This document shows, one piece after another, positions 50,276-58,969 of a stretch of DNA of 64,000 bases (positions are counted from its first letter, which is position 1; each line of letters begins with the position of its first letter). The notes beneath the pieces are model-generated. The model had not been told where the DNA came from and did no database searches. It saw only the letters and a list, made by a program, of their open reading frames with translations. The position numbers and the translations under genes were made by a program. This DNA comes from Patescibacteria group bacterium (lineage in GTDB: Bacteria > Patescibacteriota > Patescibacteriia > JBDRGY01). The stretch covers positions 797 through 64,796 of the forward strand of contig JBDRGY010000004.1 of assembly GCA_043817315.1 (NCBI GenBank), in the 5' to 3' direction.

Positions 50276-50353
50276 ATAATTATATTAGATAAAAGCAATT
50301 AATATGTCAATTGATATATTGTGGAAAAAAAACGGGCAAGTTTTTAACTTGCC

Positions 50354-50497
50354 CTAAAGATCGTCTGCCTCTTCTTCAAGCTCGATACTTCTGATGACAG
50401 CAGCCAGGTCATGTTCCTGGCTAACGGGTACAGGCTGATCTTCACCGTCTTCTTCTCTCATCCAATTCTCGGGATTTATCAGTTCGGCATGGTGCAC
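50354..50497 (-). CDS. 47-aa acidic peptide, stand-alone cassette with long leader
   Basis: SD AAGGAGG+GTG; MHHAELINPENWMREEDGEDQPVPVSQEHDLAAVIRSIELEEEADDL; promoter TTGACT(50772)-17-TAGAAT; terminator ~50325-50354; not in the ORF track. Confidence 0.65.
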   Translation of the reverse strand: MHHAELINPENWMREEDGEDQPVPVSQEHDLAAVIRSIELEEEADDL

Positions 50498-50862
50498 TTT
50501 ATCCTCCTTGGTTGGAGCTTCTCCACAAAAACCTTAAGTTTGACATTATGACCGAAAGAGTTGGGGACATCTCCAGCCGGAGCCGTCAAAGCCATCCTGG
50601 GGCGCCGACTTACGGTCTGGGGTGCAATGAGCTGTTGCTTCAATATTGCGGAGGTTGAGAGCGGTTGAGAGCAAGTGTTTGTAGATCGTGCCTATTTACC
50701 GATCTCTCAGCCTCCACTTGGAGAAGGAGTATGAAGCGAATTAATTCTATCTGATAATACGAATCTAGTCAAAAAAATTTGACAAAATATAGTTTAGTAA
50801 TAATATGGAAGCAGCTCTTTATGTCGGATAACACTTTAGGCCAAAAGCGAAGGAGGGACCAA

Positions 50863-51294
50863 GTGTCTGAATCGAGACAAGGCTTACCTCGAGTTCTTGT
50901 CATCTTAGCCAAGAGAAAATTCAACCGGGACTTGGGAAGCGGTGGGACTCCCACATATTGGTTAGTGCACAGTGAAGTGGTGGAGCTCCATACTTGTACT
51001 ACTTGCCGAGGTTTGATCCGGCAGATTCGAAGTGCTCAGCGCCAGTCCCGACCTTTTGGGGCAGTAGTGGTGGAGGCGACTGATAACGAATCCAGCATTC
51101 GCCAGGAAGTGCTGGAAGAAGCTATGGAGCATATACCGGAAGGTACTACTTTGTTGAAAATAGAAAAGGGGCCGGTCTGTATGCAAGTCTGTTCTTTTGA
51201 CGCTGCGGAAGGCGATTTCGCGGTACGGGGCAACAGTACCAGCGGCGACCGCTTAGCCGCAACCATCATGGCCCTTTGCTCATCAGCACAATAG
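50863..51294 (+). CDS. Hypothetical protein (143 aa), stand-alone cassette
   Basis: TTGACA(50779)-16-TAATAT, GCTCTTTA in the leader, SD AAGGAGG+GTG, terminator ~51303-51330. Confidence 0.65.
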   Translation: MSESRQGLPRVLVILAKRKFNRDLGSGGTPTYWLVHSEVVELHTCTTCRGLIRQIRSAQRQSRPFGAVVVEATDNESSIRQEVLEEAMEHIPEGTTLLKIEKGPVCMQVCSFDAAEGDFAVRGNSTSGDRLAATIMALCSSAQ

Positions 51295-51387
51295 TCTATA
51301 CCAGGGCGCTTCCTTAAGAAGCGTCTTTTTAAATAAAAAAGACGTATCCTGGAATCTGGATACGTCTTATGAATAAGGTACATCTCT

Positions 51388-51642
51388 TCAGCTGTCGTTG
51401 CCTTCGGCAGGTGGCTGCCATTCAGTCAGCAGTCGTTCCGGGACGAAAGTCTTGCCGTGAGGTTCGTCTGACTGGGTGTCGAAAACCTCTACCTCTAGCC
51501 AGTTCTGCGGTCTTTCCCCATTTGGCTTGACTTCGCCAGTCAACCTGAGCCTATTACCCTCCGGAGTCAATTGACCCAGCTTGGTGGTGACCGGAGCACG
51601 GACAGTACAAAAGACAACTTCTCCCTTCTCTGGAACTGACAT
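51388..51642 (-). CDS. SH3/KOW-like mini-protein 1
   Basis: SD CAGGAG; TTGACA(51740)-16-TAAAAT; terminator ~51340-51368. Confidence 0.7.
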   Translation of the reverse strand: MSVPEKGEVVFCTVRAPVTTKLGQLTPEGNRLRLTGEVKPNGERPQNWLEVEVFDTQSDEPHGKTFVPERLLTEWQPPAEGNDS

Positions 51643-51789
51643 AGGTCTCTCCTGGTATGGGCCTGGACCATCACTTCGACCTTAGCCAGCTCATGCTGCC
51701 GTAAGTGATTACATTTTAGTTCTAATTAGGTTTTTGTCAAGAAATGAGCGCATCGCGTCGGAGACGCGATGCGCTCTGGAAAACTCCTC

Positions 51790-52038
51790 CTAGATTCCCT
51801 TGAACGGCCAATGCCACTCGGTCAGCAGAACCTGCGGAAAAACTGCCCTACCCAACACCTTATCGTCCAGGAAGTTTCTCCTGACCTCTGCTTCAACTCC
51901 GGCAGCTGGCCTGCCTTGCCAGACAACCTGTTCTTCATGACCCGTTAAGATCAGGTAGTGATCGTCTGGGGTTACTTCTCCAAAGTCAGTGTCAAACGGT
52001 TCTCTGACTTTGTGTCTTTTGGCATCGATCAGGCCCAT
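51790..52038 (-). CDS. SH3/KOW-like mini-protein 2
   Basis: ATG 52038 with SD AGGAGG; TTGACA(52128); 14-bp perfect hairpin 51746-51776; shares G....P..LLTEW with mini-protein 1. Confidence 0.7.
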   Translation of the reverse strand: MGLIDAKRHKVREPFDTDFGEVTPDDHYLILTGHEEQVVWQGRPAAGVEAEVRRNFLDDKVLGRAVFPQVLLTEWHWPFKGI

Positions 52039-52173
52039 CCCTATCCTCCTGTCGGCGGTTTTTGCCGGCCCAACTACCTGATTACCGAAATGTATTAATA
52101 ATACTATTCTATATTTTCTATTTGTCAAGAAAAAGAGTATAATAATTGTGTAGGATTATTAATCAAAATAGCA

Positions 52174-52761
52174 ATGGAACAAGAAAAAAACGATTATCAA
52201 CAACCAAGTCAATTTGGCAACCAAGAACCGGCCAAAAAACATTTTGGCTTGAAAAAAGCAGTTCTGGTCATCAGCATTGTTATTGTCTTGAATCTGTTTA
52301 TCGGCTATGGCATAACTACTTTTTGGCATACACCCCAATATGAGGACTACTGCACCGAGGAGATTACCTCTAAGACATATTCTGACCAGGAATCCTGTGA
52401 AGCAGCTGGAGGTAAATGGATAATAAGCGCAGAAGTGGGTGTCCCGGAAGAGAAAAGCAGAATAAGTAATTGGTGTGAAATGGATTACCAGTGCCGGCAG
52501 GAGTATCAAGCAGCTTCCGATGTTTATGGCCGTAACTTCTTTGTCGTTGAAATAATAGCTGGAGTAATTCTGATAGTAGTCGGCTTGTTTGCCATCAAGG
52601 CCCAGTCGGTTTCTTTGGGGCTTTCTTTCGGTGGTCTGCTGGCCTTGATTGTCGGTACCATGCGGCACTGGTCAGGGATGCAGGAATATCTGAGATTTAT
52701 CATTCTAGGTCTGGCCCTGATTATCCTGATCTGGGTGGGAGTCAAGAAGTTCAAAGATTAA
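52174..52761 (+). CDS. Membrane protein with Cys-containing loop
   Basis: TM helices, C...GGKW..C...C loop. Confidence 0.75.
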   Translation: MEQEKNDYQQPSQFGNQEPAKKHFGLKKAVLVISIVIVLNLFIGYGITTFWHTPQYEDYCTEEITSKTYSDQESCEAAGGKWIISAEVGVPEEKSRISNWCEMDYQCRQEYQAASDVYGRNFFVVEIIAGVILIVVGLFAIKAQSVSLGLSFGGLLALIVGTMRHWSGMQEYLRFIILGLALIILIWVGVKKFKD

Positions 52762-52773
52762 TCACAATATTTT

Positions 52774-53538
52774 ATGCGAGTAGACGATCAAGACAAGTCT
52801 AAAAAAGAAGAAAAACTAAAGGAAGAGTCAAAACAACCAGAACCTGCTAGAGGAGACAAGCCCAAAAAGAAGGGCCACCTGTTACGCAACTGTTTTATCA
52901 TTGTGCTCATTGTCTTCATTTTATTGATCTTGGCGATTGTTTCCCTGTTCTTCTTTAAGGTCCCGGTTATTTCTTCAATCGTTGGATTAAACAGTCAGAA
53001 GGATTTGGGGATTGAAGCCACTGAGGAAGCTAAAGACAGTGCCCAGCAAAAAGTGCCCTGGCAATTTACGGCTGAGATGTCGGAATATACCTTGACGGGG
53101 AATAGAACTTTTTCCGGGAAGATGGACTTAGATGTAGAACTGACATCAGAAGAGGTTACTTCCTACCTTGGACTAATGGGATTTCCGGATGAAGTCATTG
53201 AAAATGTCCAAGTTAAAATGGTTGAAGGCGGAATGGAAATTTCTTCTCAGATAAAAGAGCCGGTTAACTTACCAGTATATTTTAAAGTAGATATAGATAA
53301 GGAGTCAGCCAAAAGTGTCAGCCTAGACATTCAGAAAGCTAAAGTGGGATGGTTCTCTGTACCGCAAAAGTACATAGATCAGGCCGAAGAGTTTTTCCAA
53401 GACACAGTCAATGGGAGGTTAACGGAGGTGGAGGCAGTAAGCATCGAAACCCTTGAGTATCATGACGGCTATTCCGTTTTTAAAGGCACAGTGCCTGAGA
53501 AAGTGGAACCAGCTTATGGTAAATGGCTTGATATCTAA
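52774..53538 (+). CDS. Membrane-anchored hypothetical protein
   Basis: Charged N-terminus, TM helix, LTSEEVTSY beta-rich domain. Confidence 0.75.
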   Translation: MRVDDQDKSKKEEKLKEESKQPEPARGDKPKKKGHLLRNCFIIVLIVFILLILAIVSLFFFKVPVISSIVGLNSQKDLGIEATEEAKDSAQQKVPWQFTAEMSEYTLTGNRTFSGKMDLDVELTSEEVTSYLGLMGFPDEVIENVQVKMVEGGMEISSQIKEPVNLPVYFKVDIDKESAKSVSLDIQKAKVGWFSVPQKYIDQAEEFFQDTVNGRLTEVEAVSIETLEYHDGYSVFKGTVPEKVEPAYGKWLDI

Positions 53539-53607
53539 GCTAGTATAAATCAAACAGAACCCGGGTCAATAGGCTTGGGTTCTTATATATAAAAAAACGG
53601 ACGACTA

Positions 53608-53892
53608 TCAAGTCGTCCGGATAAGCCAATCGGGCAGATCTTCGGTCATGATGTGTCTGATCGGTACCACGACGGGACCGTTGTAGGAAGCCTTGCCGCT
53701 CTCCAGCTCCACCTCAATACCGCATTCGAAACGCCAGTGTCCTCGAGGATCGTGGAAGATGGCAATGCCCTCTTCTCCGGTAACCCGGCCGGAAGCACCA
53801 TGAGGGATTTTGACCGTCTTACCATGATGACCCAACACTTCCACTTCACCTACTTCTACCTGTAAGCCTTTCAATTGACTGATTTTCAACAT
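53608..53892 (-). CDS. SH3/KOW-like mini-protein 3
   Basis: ATG 53892 with SD GGGAGG; TTGACT(53985)-17-TAAGAT; terminator ~53598-53619. Confidence 0.7.
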   Translation of the reverse strand: MLKISQLKGLQVEVGEVEVLGHHGKTVKIPHGASGRVTGEEGIAIFHDPRGHWRFECGIEVELESGKASYNGPVVVPIRHIMTEDLPDWLIRTT

Positions 53893-53985
53893 GATCCTAT
53901 CCTCCCAAGGAAAGGTGGGGGTTCTTGATGCCCGATTGCTAAGGTACATTTGCCTTATCTTACAGTTTCTCTTTTATTTAGTCAA

Positions 53986-54009
53986 ACCCTGCACCAGACG
54001 GTGCAGGGT
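53986..54009. repeat. REP-like palindrome, copy 1
   Basis: ACCCTGCACC-AGAC-GGTGCAGGGT, abutting a -35 box. Confidence 0.6.
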
Positions 54010-54058
54010 AAATTAAAAAGGACGGCGGATAGTTTGCCGTCCAATGAACATGGGCCCT

Positions 54059-54280
54059 CTAGCCCTCGACTGGGTCCAGATGAGTGGCTGGCACCAAGAC
54101 ATGGTCACCTTCGACTACCACTTCGATCAGCAGCCCCTGATCTTGTGAGGGTAGTTTGGCCTCGTGAGCCAGTCTGGCCTCAGTACCTTGGAGCAAAACC
54201 TTGGGCAAGGTGCCGACTCTGACATCGGCCCTCTGGTTGACTATAACTCTGGTTCCTGCCATCAGCTTGCTATTGGCCAT
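54059..54280 (-). CDS. SH3/KOW-like mini-protein 4
   Basis: SD AGGGGG; TTGACA(54363)-17-TATTGT; terminator ~54015-54042. Confidence 0.7.
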   Translation of the reverse strand: MANSKLMAGTRVIVNQRADVRVGTLPKVLLQGTEARLAHEAKLPSQDQGLLIEVVVEGDHVLVPATHLDPVEG

Positions 54281-54363
54281 GATGTTCCCCCCTGGTTGTC
54301 GCTCTCCCGTTCTTAAGACCCGAAACAGTTTATTACAATATTACTTATTGATTTTTTTGTCAA

Positions 54364-54387
54364 GCCCTGCATCAGACGATGCAGAGC
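54364..54387. repeat. REP-like palindrome, copy 2
   Basis: GCCCTGCATC-AGAC-GATGCAGAGC, abutting a -35 box. Confidence 0.6.
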
Positions 54388-54436
54388 AAGTAGATAAAAA
54401 AAGATGGCAGATGCTCTTGCCATCTTGGGCCGTGGG

Positions 54437-54709
54437 CTAGCGGCTCTCATCAACCAGTCCCAGCATGACATCAGTGATGTCGATGACTCCTGGTTCCCGG
54501 TCGGGCCCGATCAAGCAGACCATGCCTCGGTGCACCTGGCCAAACTCATCGGTGAACTCCCGGTCCTCTCCCAGGTAGCGAAACTGGGTGCCGCCCGGGA
54601 ATCGGTAGTTGCGAGGCGAATCATCTTTCTTGATCGGAGCCTCTTTCTGTCCCGGGGCCGGAGACTTTAGCTCCAGCTACTTACCATTTAGTTCTGCCCT
54701 GGTGACCAT
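54437..54709 (-). pseudogene. SH3/KOW-like mini-protein 5 with in-frame TAG at codon 11
   Basis: MVTRAELNGK*LELKSPAPG..FPGGTQFRYLGEDRE..GMVCLIG..VDESR*; SD AAGGGGG, TTGACA(54799)-17-TAAGTT, terminator ~54397-54426. Confidence 0.6.
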
Positions 54710-54845
54710 TTGGTTACCCCCTTTTCGGGCCTCCTACCTCGTAGATTTGGCGCCCTGGAATGAACATTTAAACTTAAGGGATATTAAAGAATTTGTCAAG
54801 GCCTTAGCCGTAGTCAAAGCTCTTTTGTCAATGGGCGGCTTTTGC

Positions 54846-55472
54846 TTAGGTCGCCCTTTTTGTTTCCCGGTATAAATGGATAATTCGTTGAATAAAAGTA
54901 AAGTGGGTAAAAATGGCCATAATAATCATCAGGATGACAATAGCGTCTAGGCCCCAGAAATGAGCTAGAAACAAACCAATTATTAACAGGATAAAACGGG
55001 GAGCTCTTTGAAAAAAGCCTATGTTACACTCGATGCCGATCCCCTCAGCCCTGGCCCGGACGTAGGATACTAAAAAGGAACCGATTAAGGCCAACCAGAT
55101 AAATATTACCTGCCAGTCTTTGAGGGAATCGAGGTAGTGAAGATAAATGGCCAAAAAGATTACAAATTCAGAATATCGATCTAGAAAGGAATCAAAGAAA
55201 GCGCCAAAGCTGGAGACTCTATTTTGTTTTCTGGCTACCATTCCGTCGATCACGTCAAAATTGACAGCCAGAAAAGTAATGATACCGCCGATCAAGAAAT
55301 TCCCGAGATAAATAAAATAGGCGGCGATCAAGAACATTACAAATCCCAGAACCGTAACCAGATTAGGATGCACTTTTGATTTGGCCAAGCCATTGGCTAT
55401 GGGCTGCCACAGTTTTAAGTAACTCAGGGAAACAGGGTGGTGGCGGGAAAAGTTGAATCGTGATTCTATCAT
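54846..55472 (-). CDS. CDP-alcohol phosphatidyltransferase
   Basis: HPN.VT, D..DG.VAR....S.FGA..DS..DR. Confidence 0.92.
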   Translation of the reverse strand: MIESRFNFSRHHPVSLSYLKLWQPIANGLAKSKVHPNLVTVLGFVMFLIAAYFIYLGNFLIGGIITFLAVNFDVIDGMVARKQNRVSSFGAFFDSFLDRYSEFVIFLAIYLHYLDSLKDWQVIFIWLALIGSFLVSYVRARAEGIGIECNIGFFQRAPRFILLIIGLFLAHFWGLDAIVILMIIMAIFTHFTFIQRIIHLYRETKRAT

Positions 55473-55574
55473 ATCACCATTGTAGCACATCGAATGTTTA
55501 ATAACGAGATTGACAGGAGCAGTATATAAAGTTATGATTCAGCCGTCTATCAATAAATCAGCGACGGCGCTAAT

Positions 55575-56573
55575 ATGAAAAGATATCGTAAAAAAATTTG
55601 CTTGCTGTTTGCCGGAGGTACAAAATTATCCCACTCGAGTGGTAAGGGTTTTGAAGTTAAAAAGACTGACGATATTAAACCCTGGCTAATGCATTTTGAA
55701 GAATTGAATATTATGGCTGACATTGAGTCGGTTTTTATTTTTGGCGGAAAGTCGGAGAATGTAACAGTTGATCAATGGATCAAATTAATCGATGAGATCA
55801 AGAAGAGAATCAATTCCAGCGACGGATTCGTAGTCTTGCAGGGACCACAGACTATGAACTATACAGCTTGCGCCCTGACCTTTGCTTTCCAGAATTTAAA
55901 CAAACCGATTATTTTAACCGGTTCCCCGTTTACCCCCCAGACTAAAAGTCAGCAAGCGGATCCGCTAGAAGAGTATAAGGGTTTAGGAATCAAAGCCAAT
56001 TTACTAAACGCCATCCAAGTTGCTTTGTCCGATATCAACCAGGTGGCCATCCTTTTCGGCTCGCGCCTGATTTCTGGAGTACAAGCGGTACAGGCTACTC
56101 CGCCAGGGTTGAATTTCTTTGATTCTTTCTCCGGTCATTTTTTGGGAAGGGTTGATTTTGGCATTAGTTTGTTTGGCAAAACTAAAAAGAGTAAAGCCAA
56201 AATGAAGTTTAGTAACGGCTTTGACAATAAAGTCTCTATTTTGGACTGGCATCCGGGGGTGGATGTCTCCTTGATCCAGAATCTGAAAAAACAAAAAATT
56301 CACGGATTGATAATAAGAATGCATCATCAGACAGTGCTGCCCGACAGTTTCTTGCCCGCTCTGCGAAAACTAGCCAAGGACAGTATTCCGGTAATTATCT
56401 ACCAATCCGGCCAAGAACAAAAATTTTTAAAAGGCGCCAATATCATCATGATTGAAAATATGAGCCTGTCAGCTGTTTTGGTGAAATTGATGTGGGTGTT
56501 GGCTCAGACCAAGAGCCTGTCCAAAATTAAAAGTCTAATGGCTAGAAATTTATCAGGAGAGATAGTCAAATAG
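55575..56573 (+). CDS. Asparaginase-fold protein, catalytic residues altered
   Basis: GGT, KPIILTGS, M.....VKLMW; HGTDT is replaced by QGPQT. Confidence 0.8.
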   Translation: MKRYRKKICLLFAGGTKLSHSSGKGFEVKKTDDIKPWLMHFEELNIMADIESVFIFGGKSENVTVDQWIKLIDEIKKRINSSDGFVVLQGPQTMNYTACALTFAFQNLNKPIILTGSPFTPQTKSQQADPLEEYKGLGIKANLLNAIQVALSDINQVAILFGSRLISGVQAVQATPPGLNFFDSFSGHFLGRVDFGISLFGKTKKSKAKMKFSNGFDNKVSILDWHPGVDVSLIQNLKKQKIHGLIIRMHHQTVLPDSFLPALRKLAKDSIPVIIYQSGQEQKFLKGANIIMIENMSLSAVLVKLMWVLAQTKSLSKIKSLMARNLSGEIVK

Positions 56574-56574
56574 T

Positions 56575-57168
56575 ATGAAGGTATACTTTTTCGGACCAGC
56601 AACCAGTAAAACTAAAATGTGTCAGACTTACGGCACCATTTTGAGTTTGCTGAAAAAAGCTGACCTGGAAGTCTATTCCAACCAGGAGCCAACAGATCTC
56701 TCTGAAGAGTTGAGTCAGATTTATCAATCAGGCGGCATGATATTAGACAAGATGGAAGCTTTTATTATCGAGGGCTCAACCCCAGATCAGGAAATCGGTT
56801 ATTTCTTAGCCTATGCCTTAAGCCAGAAAAAGCCAACCTTATATTTATCTGAAAAGTCACATCAAATAAAATCCACTCTTAAATATCTGAAAAGCAAATC
56901 CACTCCCAAATTTTTGCAGATTACCACTTATAGTCAAAAGAATATAGAGGAACAGCTTATCAAATTTCTACAGCTGATCAAAGCCGGTAAAATAAAAGAG
57001 ATTCCTTCTATCAAGTTCACACTGCGCATCACTCCTTCTATTGAGCGCTTTCTTCATTGGAAGACTCACAACACCGATAAGTCCAAAGCGGACTTTTTAC
57101 GACAAGATATTGAAGAGATGATCAAGAAAGACGACAAGTATCAGCGGTTTTTGAGAAATAAAGACTAA
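56575..57168 (+). CDS. Nucleoside 2-deoxyribosyltransferase-like domain plus C-terminal ribbon-helix-helix
   Basis: KVYF.G, IIEGS.P...IGY.LAYAL..KKPTLYL; KFTLRI...ERFL..SKADFLR. Confidence 0.6.
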   Translation: MKVYFFGPATSKTKMCQTYGTILSLLKKADLEVYSNQEPTDLSEELSQIYQSGGMILDKMEAFIIEGSTPDQEIGYFLAYALSQKKPTLYLSEKSHQIKSTLKYLKSKSTPKFLQITTYSQKNIEEQLIKFLQLIKAGKIKEIPSIKFTLRITPSIERFLHWKTHNTDKSKADFLRQDIEEMIKKDDKYQRFLRNKD

Positions 57169-57208
57169 GCCTCTTTATAATTTAGGTAAAAAGTTGTATA
57201 GTATTACT

Positions 57209-58939
57209 ATGAACAAATTATTAATTCTCTCGGTAATCATAATTTTTGGAGGATTTTTTGTTACACCGGTTTCGGCTCAGGAAATTGAAGAAATCAAAAG
57301 CTTTGATATCAGAGTTGTTCTAAATGAAGACAGCACCTTCACCATTACTGAAACTATCCTATATGATTTCGGGGAGGATGCTTATAATAAACACGGTATC
57401 ATCAGGGAGATGCCCTATAAGTATCAGAGGAAAGGAGCCAATTATAACGTCAGAATAACTCTATTGTCGATTACCGATTCTGCCGGCAATCCTTACAATT
57501 ATAGTACCAGTCGCTCCGGCGGTAACCTTTACCTAAAGATTGGTGATGCCGATGTTACGGTTACCGGCAAGAGGGCATACCAAATTGAATACAAACTAGC
57601 CAGAGCTATAAACTATTTTGCCGATCACGACGAATTTTACTGGAATGTAACTGGTACTGGCTGGCCGGTAGATATCGAGCAGACAACGGCAACTATCACT
57701 ATGCCTCAGTCCGTTTTGATGGAAGATTTGCAGTTTGCCTGCTATACCGGTTATTACGGTGCCACTGAAGGTTACTGTGATTACGAGATGATCGATGAGC
57801 AACATTACGTTTATTACACCAAAGAGGCTTTGGTGGCGGGCGAGGGCTTGTCGATCGTTCTGGGTTTGCCCAAGGGGATTATACAGCAGCCTACTCTGGC
57901 TCAGAATCTATTGTGGTTCTTTCAGGATAACTGGTATATTTTTCTGCCCTTACTCGTCCTGATTATCCTGATCTATGTTTGGTGGACTAGGGGCCGGGAC
58001 CCAGAAACAAAATTGAGTGAAACCATAATTCCTTATTACGCACCTCCTAATGATATGCCCCCAGGACTTTTGGGGGTAGTCTATGACGAAAAGGCTGATC
58101 TTAGAGATATCAGCTCCTCAATTATTGATTTTGCAGTCAGAGGCTATATTAAAATAAAGAAAATTGGCAAGAAAGACTCTGACTATGAATTTATTAAAAT
58201 AAAAAATATTGACGATACTTTTGAACCGTACGAAAGAGATGTCTTCAAAGCTATCTTTAAGAATACTAATTCCAGAAAATTATCCAGCCTCAAATACAAA
58301 TTTTATAAAGAATTGCCTGCCATCAAAAAAACCCTTTATCAATCGGTGGTAGATCAAGGTTTTTTTCCGATCAATCCGGATAAAGTACGAGGATCCTATG
58401 TTGGTTGGGGAATAGTATTCATCATAGTCGGATTTATCCTGATGTTTGTCGGTATCTCTGTTTATGCCGGCATAGCAGTGATGGCTAGTGGAGTCCTGGT
58501 AACCTTCTTTGCCAAAGCTATGCCCAGGAAAACCAAGTTTGGAACTAATACCCACGCCAAAATATTGGGATTGAAGATGTATATGTCAGTGGCTGAAAAA
58601 GACCGGATAAAATTTCACAATGCTCCAGCCAAAAGCCCGGAGGTTTTTGAGAAACTGTTGCCCTATGCCATGGTTCTGGGGGTGGAGAAAGAATGGGCTG
58701 AAGAATTTAAGGATATGTATAAAACGCCGCCTGATTGGTACCAGGGAGATACCATCCGGGGATTTAATTCTCTGTACCTCATAAACTCATTGAGCTCTAT
58801 GAATCGGTCAGTCGGTAGTACTATTACTTCAAGGCCTCCAAGTCGCAGTAGTGGTAGTGGGGGAGGATTCTCGGGTTTTTCCGGTGGTGGTGGTTTTTCT
58901 GGCGGTGGTTTTGGAGGCGGAGGCGGAGGCAGCTGGTAA
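57209..58939 (+). CDS. DUF2207 family membrane protein
   Basis: ITETI.YDF..HGI.R, DEFYWNVTG.GW, GRDP, LPYAM.LG...W, Gly-rich GGGGSW end. Confidence 0.9.
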   Translation: MNKLLILSVIIIFGGFFVTPVSAQEIEEIKSFDIRVVLNEDSTFTITETILYDFGEDAYNKHGIIREMPYKYQRKGANYNVRITLLSITDSAGNPYNYSTSRSGGNLYLKIGDADVTVTGKRAYQIEYKLARAINYFADHDEFYWNVTGTGWPVDIEQTTATITMPQSVLMEDLQFACYTGYYGATEGYCDYEMIDEQHYVYYTKEALVAGEGLSIVLGLPKGIIQQPTLAQNLLWFFQDNWYIFLPLLVLIILIYVWWTRGRDPETKLSETIIPYYAPPNDMPPGLLGVVYDEKADLRDISSSIIDFAVRGYIKIKKIGKKDSDYEFIKIKNIDDTFEPYERDVFKAIFKNTNSRKLSSLKYKFYKELPAIKKTLYQSVVDQGFFPINPDKVRGSYVGWGIVFIIVGFILMFVGISVYAGIAVMASGVLVTFFAKAMPRKTKFGTNTHAKILGLKMYMSVAEKDRIKFHNAPAKSPEVFEKLLPYAMVLGVEKEWAEEFKDMYKTPPDWYQGDTIRGFNSLYLINSLSSMNRSVGSTITSRPPSRSSGSGGGFSGFSGGGGFSGGGFGGGGGGSW

Positions 58940-58969
58940 TATTTGAAATTAATTTGGAAATACAATTTT

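Noticed and set aside
50000-54800. Integron cassette array or prophage
   Set aside because: No integrase, no convincing attC core sites, no phage structural genes; units have their own promoters and are interleaved with backbone-type genes
54404-54875. Two 88-aa plus-strand ORFs in the track
   Set aside because: Antisense to the SD-led interrupted minus-strand gene; they lack their own expression signals
58663-58965. Pro-rich minus-strand ORF
   Set aside because: Antisense shadow of the Gly-rich DUF2207 tail
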